Assembly: GCA_963817915.1 (NCBI GenBank) | Contig: CAWFQL010000016.1 | Span: 205,690 to 269,689 of the forward strand | Direction: 5' to 3' | From: an uncultured candidate division Zixibacteria bacterium | GTDB taxonomy: Bacteria; Zixibacteria; MSB-5A5; UBA10806 | Length of the DNA: 64,000 bases | Shown here: one piece after another, positions 57,026 to 64,000 of the stretch | How positions within the stretch are numbered: the first letter of the stretch is position 1 | Layout of the letters: every line of letters begins with the position of its first letter | Program-made: the position numbers and the translations under genes | Notes under the pieces: model-generated | What the model was told of the DNA's origin: nothing | Seen by the model: the letters and a program-made list of their open reading frames with translations, nothing else | Databases searched by the model: none

Positions 57026-59446
57026 TCAAGCAGTTACAAGCTGTGCCTGCCCCTTTTGTGACTGCGTTATATCTATTTTTTTTGAATCTTTTTCTGCTAA
57101 GGCGAAAATTCCGGCGATATCGATAATCAGACTGATTGTGCCGTCTCCCTGTATTGTACAACCCGATACTGCCCGGATTTCACCAACATATTCGGACAAA
57201 CCCTTAATCACTATCTGTTGTTGGCCAACGACCTCATCAACAAATAGCCCCATAGTCTTATTTTCATTTTCAACAATGACAATTATCCCGTCTTCCAGTT
57301 CCATCTCCTTCTTGCCATTGTTCAGTAATGTCTGCATTCTCACGACTGGAAGTAGTTTTCCTCGGATATTTACGATTTCCTGGCCGTCCATCATTCTGGT
57401 TACATTCGATGAGTTCATTCTCAATGATTCTTTGATGGCAACTATCGGTATAATGTATCTCGTACCGCCGATCAGAACATTCATGCCGTCGATAATTGCC
57501 AGAGTCAGAGGTATTCGGAGTATAACGCTTGTGCCTTTGCCTGTCTCGCTGCGAACCTCTACTTTGCCTCTTATATTTTCGATATTACGTCTGACAACAT
57601 CCATGCCCACGCCACGGCCGGAAACATCCGTAACTTTATCGGCGGTAGAAAAACCGGGCAGGAATATCATCTGCCAAACCTGATCATCGCGCAGATCGCT
57701 ACCGTCGCCTTCGATTAGTCCTTTTTCCCGCGCCTTGGATAATATCCTGTCTTTATTTAGCCCCTTGCCATCGTCTTTAATAAGTATCCAAACCTCGCCG
57801 CCGACATATTTGGCTTCTAACGTTACATGGCCGATCGGGGATTTATTGGAATTTTCACGTTCTTCGGGAGTCTCTAGACCATGGTCTACCGAATTTCTGA
57901 TTATATGCACCAGAGGATCGTTTATCTGTTCGATAACTGTTTTGTCGACTTCAGTCTCTTCGCCGATTATCTCGAGTTCGACTTTTTTATCAACCTTCTG
58001 GGCAAGATCGCGAACCAGCCTTATCATCTTGCGGAATGTCCCGGACAAAGGAATCATCCTAATGGCGGTCGCGATATCCTGAAGGTCGCGGGTTATTTTA
58101 TTCAATTGCATGACCGATTTATCGAATCGTTCAAGCGATATGTTCAATCCTCTTATATCCGGATTTTGAGATACCATAGCTTCGGATATTACTAATTCCC
58201 CGACCAGATCCATTAATACATCGAGCTTTTCAATATCCACTCTTATCGATTGTTTCTGAGAAGTCTTATCCGGCGCCCTGCGATCTCCCATCCTTCTGTC
58301 TTCCCCCGAACGGCGATCGGATTGAGACTGCTGAGCGACTACATTATGTTCCAATGTCTGGATATTTTCGGATCCCACCGCCACCATAGGAATTCTGCCC
58401 GCGGCTTCTTCTGTTTTTTGCGGAGCAATTATGGATTCCATCGAAGGGGTAGTCTGAGTATGAATCGGGACGATTTCGGGTGTGTCCTTGCCGGTCTCAG
58501 GTGATAATTTCGCGATCGCGTCTTGCATCAGGCTTATCAATCCAGCCTTGCCCGCTATTTTGGGTTCATTGCCATCATTGACCTGGGCCACTGCGCCTCG
58601 TAGAAAATCGAGAACCTCCAACAGCATCGAAAATATCTGACCATCGGCAGCAGCCTTGCCCGCTCTGATCATATCCAGTACTGATTCTGCCTTATGGCTG
58701 ACTGTTTCAATATCCGCGAATCCAAAAAATCCCGCGTTACCCTTAAGGCTATGAAGAGACCGAAATGCCTGAGAAATATATTCATCGTGATTAGGCTCTT
58801 TTTCGAGATTCAATAACGCCTCTTCCGCTGATTCTATAAGCTCATCCGCCTCCGACGTAAACTGCTTTGTCATTTCAGGCGTGATACTTAACTGCATTGA
58901 GACCGGCGCGGCTCCGCTTGAATTTTCCGATGATACTGGCGCGGGATCAATCGTGCCCGGCTCGGCGATGGGAGCTTGTTGATTTTTTGGAGTTGGCGGC
59001 GGGGACGACTTGGCGCTATTTATTGCCGCTATCGTCTTTTTGAGGTCCTCAACAATTAATGCAGCCTCTTTTTCGAATCCTGAATCATTTAGATTGCTCT
59101 CGATATTATCAAGCAGTTGACGAATAAAATCCGCCGCCCTATTCATCAGATCGACATGTTCGCTTGATAAAACACCTACTCCCTTTCTAAAGAGATCCAG
59201 CAGGGTTTCAGCTTCGTGTGTTACTTTACTGACGGTACCGAAATTCAAAAAACCCGCCGCCCCTTTCAACGAATGGAACAGGCGAAAAATCGTATTGATT
59301 ACTTCCGGGTCGACTCCGCTTGAACGATCTGATATTTTTTCCAGTTCAATTAACAGGGGCTCGACATTATCAAGCATCTCCCGCCCCTCGTCTACAAATG
59401 CCTGGATAAATTCGCCCTGCTCGCTATCGTTATCGTATCCTGCCAT
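57026..59446 (-). CDS. cheA: Chemotaxis histidine kinase CheA with two Hpt domains
   Basis: FRLFHSLKG and FRSLHSLKG; SIRVD..KLD; HIIRNSVDHG; SGRGVGMDVV; C-terminal P5. Confidence 0.97.
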   Translation of the reverse strand: MAGYDNDSEQGEFIQAFVDEGREMLDNVEPLLIELEKISDRSSGVDPEVINTIFRLFHSLKGAAGFLNFGTVSKVTHEAETLLDLFRKGVGVLSSEHVDLMNRAADFIRQLLDNIESNLNDSGFEKEAALIVEDLKKTIAAINSAKSSPPPTPKNQQAPIAEPGTIDPAPVSSENSSGAAPVSMQLSITPEMTKQFTSEADELIESAEEALLNLEKEPNHDEYISQAFRSLHSLKGNAGFFGFADIETVSHKAESVLDMIRAGKAAADGQIFSMLLEVLDFLRGAVAQVNDGNEPKIAGKAGLISLMQDAIAKLSPETGKDTPEIVPIHTQTTPSMESIIAPQKTEEAAGRIPMVAVGSENIQTLEHNVVAQQSQSDRRSGEDRRMGDRRAPDKTSQKQSIRVDIEKLDVLMDLVGELVISEAMVSQNPDIRGLNISLERFDKSVMQLNKITRDLQDIATAIRMIPLSGTFRKMIRLVRDLAQKVDKKVELEIIGEETEVDKTVIEQINDPLVHIIRNSVDHGLETPEERENSNKSPIGHVTLEAKYVGGEVWILIKDDGKGLNKDRILSKAREKGLIEGDGSDLRDDQVWQMIFLPGFSTADKVTDVSGRGVGMDVVRRNIENIRGKVEVRSETGKGTSVILRIPLTLAIIDGMNVLIGGTRYIIPIVAIKESLRMNSSNVTRMMDGQEIVNIRGKLLPVVRMQTLLNNGKKEMELEDGIIVIVENENKTMGLFVDEVVGQQQIVIKGLSEYVGEIRAVSGCTIQGDGTISLIIDIAGIFALAEKDSKKIDITQSQKGQAQLVTA

Positions 59447-59535
59447 ACCGATCCTTCTCCGATTTTAAAAGCCATATTTATAGGGCAAAAATTTTATTCT
59501 ATCTTCCTTCTCAAAAATCGAGTAAGGCATTAAGT

Positions 59536-59562
59536 TTATCGGTATTAATATGAACGCATTGA
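59536..59562 (-). promoter_or_regulatory. Sigma-28-type promoter of the che operon, TCAA-N15-ACCGATAA
   Basis: Correct 15-nt spacing, about 90 nt upstream of cheA. Confidence 0.6.
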
Positions 59563-59925
59563 TTTTGAAGCGATTGTGCTGCTCAAGTTGAAACACTCGA
59601 TTTGGGCCGCTCAAAAACTACCGTAACAGCTTGAAGAATAACCGTTAAGTAAAAATACTACAGCTATTGCTAATTGCTCGCAATAAGAACTGGAATTTGA
59701 TGCATTCCGAAACAGCAAAGATGGTCATTCGCCACAAGAGGATGAACGTAAAGGATTTGTTCTGAATATCGTTTTTATTTTCAATCTTCGATGAGCTATA
59801 TAGATGAATGAGCCATAAATATTAATATTAAGTGTCATCCGAATAGAGCCGAAGATAACATCAGATTTTAAAAAATGTGTAATCCCCTCGGCGGGGACTA
59901 AAATTTATTGCGGAGCTTATAATAA

Positions 59926-60675
59926 GTGAAAATCTTATTGATAGAAAATGATGCTACTGTCGTTCATGAGGTCTGCAGCATCCTGGCCAAGAACCGCTTC
60001 GATACCATGCTGGCGACTACGGTGGAAGAAGCTCTCACCTTAATGAGTTCCGGCTCTCCATTGCAAATGGTGATCGCCGATATTGAGATTATCGGTAAAG
60101 AAAATTTCGATATCGTAAAATTCCTGAATGCCAACTATCAGCCGAATTCTGTCCCCGTAATACTATGCGGCAATTCCGCGGAGAAGGCTACAATAGTCAA
60201 AAGCATAGGTCTTGGAGCCAATGATTTCCTGGTCAAACCAATAAAATCCGATGTACTCTTGCGCAAGGTGAATAGCGCCCTTGGAAAAGACAAGGGCTCG
60301 ATTTTGCTTGTCGATGATGAAAAACTTATTCTCGACCTGCTGGCCAGAATTCTTGAATTGGAAGGATTTGAGACTATCACCGCGCAATCCGGTCCCGACG
60401 CCCTAACTCTGCTTAAAGTCAGCAAAGTCAGCTTAATCATTTCGGATATCGCCATGCCTGTTATGGATGGTTTTGAGCTAATGGCCGCGATCAAAGAGAA
60501 ATTCCCTGGAATCCCGGTGCTGCTTATCACCGGCTATTCCAAACAATATAGAAGAGAGGACGCGCTGGCCTCGGCCGCCGATGGTTTTATCACGAAACCA
60601 TTCAGAAATCTCGAAATTATCAGAATGGTCAAAAGCTTCAATATTCAGCCTGCTAAAAAAGGTCTGATAAATTAA
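59926..60675 (+). CDS. Tandem-receiver (REC-REC) response regulator
   Basis: Degenerate first REC (IEND, ADIEI, VKP) and canonical second REC (VDDE, SDIAMP, ITG, TKPF); GGAG RBS, GTG start. Confidence 0.88.
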   Translation: MKILLIENDATVVHEVCSILAKNRFDTMLATTVEEALTLMSSGSPLQMVIADIEIIGKENFDIVKFLNANYQPNSVPVILCGNSAEKATIVKSIGLGANDFLVKPIKSDVLLRKVNSALGKDKGSILLVDDEKLILDLLARILELEGFETITAQSGPDALTLLKVSKVSLIISDIAMPVMDGFELMAAIKEKFPGIPVLLITGYSKQYRREDALASAADGFITKPFRNLEIIRMVKSFNIQPAKKGLIN

Positions 60676-60715
60676 ATCATCTGAAATTATATTTTATAGA
60701 ATTTTCCGAATTAGC

Positions 60716-61771
60716 TTAGCATATGCGCGGTAACTGTTCGCCGCTCATCATATCAACAATACGGGTAGTTCCAATAACGGTCTTCATGGTCACTAATCCC
60801 GGAGATCCACTCGATACAGCGCCCAAAACAGTGGCTTCGCGGGATAAGACGTCTGCCTTTAGTATGTCAATTGCCTTGGGCACAGAATCTTTGGGCAATA
60901 TAATGATAAATCGCCCTTCATTGGCCACATAAAGCGGATCGAATCCTAATATCTCGCATGCCCCTCTGACATCTTCTCTCACCGGAATAGCGCATTCATT
61001 AATATTGATCTGCATTCCTGATGATTCCGCTATTTCTACTAACGCGCTTGCTAAGCCGCCGCGGGTCAGGTCTCTCATGCAGTGAATTTCGATTCCCGAA
61101 TCAATGAGCTTCATAACAGGTGATACCAATGACGCCGAATCGCTTTCAATTATAGTCTCAAATTCCAGCCCTTCGCGGGCCGCCATTATCGCGATACCGT
61201 GCCGCCCGATATCTCCGCTTAATATGATAGCATCGCCATCTTTTACCGATGATGGCGCTATCTTATTTGAATAATTTATTATTCCTATCCCCGCAGTGTT
61301 GATAAAGATACCATCGCCCTTGCCCTTATCAACCACCTTGGTGTCACCGGTGACTATGGTTACGTTCGCATCTTCCGCGGCTTTTTTCATCGATTGCACA
61401 ATCCGCCAGAATTTCTCCATCGGAAGGCCTTCTTCAATAATAAACCCAACACTTATATAAAGTGGTTTTGCCCCGCACATTGCCAGATCATTCAATGTGC
61501 CGTGGATTGCCAATGACCCGATATCCCCGCCGGGGAAAAACAGCGGCTTGATTACATAGGAATCTGTCGTGAATGCGTATTTTGATCCATTCAATTGAAA
61601 TACTGCTCCGTCATGACGCTCATCGAGAAGAGGATTATGGAATGACGGACCGATAATTTTTTCTATAAGCTGATGCGTAAGCTTTCCGCCGCCGCCATGT
61701 GCCATGAGAATATTGGGATAATCGGAAATAGGAATAGGGCAGCTTGGATTAAATTCTCTATTATCGGTCAT
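60716..61771 (-). CDS. hypE: Hydrogenase maturation protein HypE
   Basis: AHGGGG, FTTDSY, GDTKVV, RDLTRGG, ANEG, C-terminal LPRIC; start taken at ATG 61771. Confidence 0.97.
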   Translation of the reverse strand: MTDNREFNPSCPIPISDYPNILMAHGGGGKLTHQLIEKIIGPSFHNPLLDERHDGAVFQLNGSKYAFTTDSYVIKPLFFPGGDIGSLAIHGTLNDLAMCGAKPLYISVGFIIEEGLPMEKFWRIVQSMKKAAEDANVTIVTGDTKVVDKGKGDGIFINTAGIGIINYSNKIAPSSVKDGDAIILSGDIGRHGIAIMAAREGLEFETIIESDSASLVSPVMKLIDSGIEIHCMRDLTRGGLASALVEIAESSGMQININECAIPVREDVRGACEILGFDPLYVANEGRFIIILPKDSVPKAIDILKADVLSREATVLGAVSSGSPGLVTMKTVIGTTRIVDMMSGEQLPRIC

Positions 61772-62873
61772 TAATGTTTCCTGCAATTTGATATTTTCGA
61801 TAATGATAATAAGCCGCGCAGGTGCCTTCGGATGATACCATGGTCGCCCCTAATGGATGCTCGGGGTTGCATTTAGCGGCAAATGCCGTACAATCTTGCG
61901 GTTTTTTAATGCCCTGCAATATTAGTCCGCTGATACATTCGCCGGATTCATTCACTGTGTAATCGGTAACTCCGAATTTCAACTCGGCATCATATTCTGA
62001 GTATTCCTCATTCAGTCCCAGTCCGCTTAATGGGATTTCCCCGATGCCGCGCCATTTACGGGATACGACTCTAAATATTTTTCTAATCAAATCCTGGGCG
62101 GGGATATTGCCATCTCTTGTCACTGATCGGATATATTGATTTTCAACTTCGCATCGTCCCTGCTCCAGTTGTTTGACAGCCATATATATGCCGTGAAGAA
62201 TATCAATCGGCTCGAAACCTGTAACTACTATGGGCGTTTTATATTTTTTGCAGATTGGCTCATATTCAGAATATCCCATCACCGCGCAAACATGCCCGGC
62301 GGCAAGGAATGCTTGCACTCGATTATTGGTCGATGACAATATGGCCTCGATGGCGGGCGGGACCAAGACATGAGATACTAATATGGAGAAATTCTTTATA
62401 TTCTTAATTTTCGCCTGATAGACAGCCATACCGTTGGCGGGGGCGGTGGTCTCAAAACCGACCGCGAAGAAGACGACCTCTTTATTGGGATTATCAAGCG
62501 CCACTTTCAATGAGTCCAATGGCGAATAGACAATCCTGATATCTCCTCCCAACGATTTGACCGAGAGCAGATCGGTCTTTGTTCCGGGAACTCGCAACAT
62601 ATCGCCAAACGAACAAAAAATGACATTCTGTCGCGAGGCTATCTCAATCGCTTTATCGATTAATTCCACGGGGGTAACACAGACCGGGCATCCGGGACCA
62701 TGCACCAATGTTATTTTTTCAGGCAATAGCTCGTCGATTCCGAATTTTACAATAGAGTGAGTTTGCCCGCCGCAGACCTCCATGACTGTCCAGGGCTTAG
62801 TAGTGGCCCGCGATATTAATTCAGCCAATTTTTTGGCGGAATCGTTGTCGCGATATTCATCGATATACTTCAA
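61761..62873 (-). CDS. hypD: Hydrogenase maturation protein HypD
   Basis: [35 protein letters not shown]. Confidence 0.98.
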   Translation of the reverse strand: MKYIDEYRDNDSAKKLAELISRATTKPWTVMEVCGGQTHSIVKFGIDELLPEKITLVHGPGCPVCVTPVELIDKAIEIASRQNVIFCSFGDMLRVPGTKTDLLSVKSLGGDIRIVYSPLDSLKVALDNPNKEVVFFAVGFETTAPANGMAVYQAKIKNIKNFSILVSHVLVPPAIEAILSSTNNRVQAFLAAGHVCAVMGYSEYEPICKKYKTPIVVTGFEPIDILHGIYMAVKQLEQGRCEVENQYIRSVTRDGNIPAQDLIRKIFRVVSRKWRGIGEIPLSGLGLNEEYSEYDAELKFGVTDYTVNESGECISGLILQGIKKPQDCTAFAAKCNPEHPLGATMVSSEGTCAAYYHYRKYQIAGNINDR

Positions 62874-63124
62874 GATAGCTCACTTTCAGACGCGCCCAGT
62901 TCATCTACCTGACGGAGATACTCGAAAACTTTTTCCGCTTCGGAATCATCGATAATACTAATGGCGAATCCCGCGTGGACAAGGACATAATTCCCGATTA
63001 AGGCATCGGGTGTGTATGCCAGACTTATTTCTTTCACTACTCCGCCGAAGCTGACCTTGCCCACGCGAAACATTGGATCTTCTCCATTAACACTAATTAT
63101 TTTCCCAGGTATCGCTAAGCACAT
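62870..63124 (-). CDS. hypC: Hydrogenase maturation chaperone HypC
   Basis: N-terminal MCLAIPG; [10 protein letters not shown]. Confidence 0.97.
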   Translation of the reverse strand: MCLAIPGKIISVNGEDPMFRVGKVSFGGVVKEISLAYTPDALIGNYVLVHAGFAISIIDDSEAEKVFEYLRQVDELGASESELS

Positions 63125-63127
63125 AAA

Positions 63128-64000
63128 TTACGCCTCTGAATTCTCTCTAACCGCGGCAACAATTTGTCCCAATGATATTCCGCCATCGTTGGTCGGGATT
63201 CTTTGATGCCAGTATGGGACAAAATCATTATTGCGCAATTGCCCAATTACTTTTTCTGTCAAATATTTATTTTGAAAACATCCGCCGCTCAAGACTACTT
63301 TCTTTTCGCCGATCTTTTTGGAAATTTCAATAATGGATCGCGTCATCGTGTTGTGAAATTTCGCCGAAATTATTCCTGTAGCTATTTTCTCTTGAACGTC
63401 TGCCATAATTCCCATCATCATCGGCTTCCATTCAATTATGTACCTCGAGCTTGATTGCGAAATCTCCAAATCATAAAAATCATCTAATTTTTCTCCATCA
63501 ATGGCGAATTCAAGCTCCATCGCGGCCTGGCCTTCGAAATTGGATTTCTGTCTGATGCCTAATAGGGATGATATTGCATCGAATATCCGTCCAACACTCG
63601 ATGTTTTTGGACAATTAATATCTTTTTTAAGCATCGTCTTCAATGTCTTGATGTCGTTCGAGGAAAATTTTTTCAGCAATGGTAAACTTTCCATTTTCCA
63701 TAATTCATCGCCATAAATTTCATATAACATCCCTAACGCCGCCCGCCGCGGCTCTTTGACTGCGATTTCCCCTCCTGGCAGTGGAAAGGATCGAAATGTG
63801 CCGACTCGTTCGTATGATTTTTCATTTATCAAAAGGAATTCGCCGCCCCAGATTGTGCCATCCGGCCCATATCCGGTACCATCCCACGCGACCCCCAATA
63901 CGGGCGGCTCGATCTCATTCTCTGCCATACAAGAAAGAATATGCGCGTAGTGATGTTGAACTTTGATAGGAGTCTCAAAATACTTCATTGCTTGTCGAGT
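63128..64000 (-). CDS. hypF: Carbamoyltransferase HypF, C-terminal part (5' end outside window)
   Basis: VQHHYAH, DGTGYG.DG.IWGGE, SSVGRIFDA, SGGCFQN, NDGGISLGQ; frame open to the window edge. Confidence 0.96.
   Translation of the reverse strand, partial: TRQAMKYFETPIKVQHHYAHILSCMAENEIEPPVLGVAWDGTGYGPDGTIWGGEFLLINEKSYERVGTFRSFPLPGGEIAVKEPRRAALGMLYEIYGDELWKMESLPLLKKFSSNDIKTLKTMLKKDINCPKTSSVGRIFDAISSLLGIRQKSNFEGQAAMELEFAIDGEKLDDFYDLEISQSSSRYIIEWKPMMMGIMADVQEKIATGIISAKFHNTMTRSIIEISKKIGEKKVVLSGGCFQNKYLTEKVIGQLRNNDFVPYWHQRIPTNDGGISLGQIVAAVRENSEA

Noticed and set aside
63128-63988. N-terminally truncated hypF pseudogene
   Set aside because: The frame stays open to base 64000; the truncation is the window edge.

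Overview
64-kb bacterial chromosomal window, moderately AT-rich, genetic code 11. A secreted dockerin-like domain of the 'GLDV.YLVNYFKGG' type suggests an FCB-group anaerobe such as Zixibacteria; this is an inference. Contents in order: start of a gingipain (C25)-like gene, motAB, a His-tailed DMT transporter, a DUF2723/TMEM260-like glycosyltransferase, a minus-strand ftsE-ftsX-envC-holB-PSP1-metG run, an isolated ilvC, small Zn-ribbon ORFs and a secreted MBL-fold hydrolase. Then a redox block (Crp/Fnr regulator, HdrD/FadF-like oxidoreductase, hemerythrin, DUF6125, ferredoxin) interrupted by a RAYT transposase with GTAG REPs, followed by an ABC-F, an M29 aminopeptidase and an NtrY-like kinase. 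Then an envelope operon, a large hybrid kinase, a chemotaxis operon and hypFCDE. The best candidate for an undescribed system is the coupled operon at 29311-40505: an AsmA/YdbH-like bridge protein, a YnbE-like/DUF1318 lipoprotein and a ~2510-aa exported protein (beta-propeller, TPRs, two apparently dead CHAT domains). Also notable: two ~130-nt four-way-junction elements sharing a GACATGRAATGTC hairpin, an unannotated ArfA-like 36-aa peptide, a CheW with an inserted CZB domain next to a porin, leaderless promoters and sigma-28 promoters. Several genes carry extra-base frameshifts that look like sequencing errors. No rRNA, bona fide tRNA or CRISPR array was seen.
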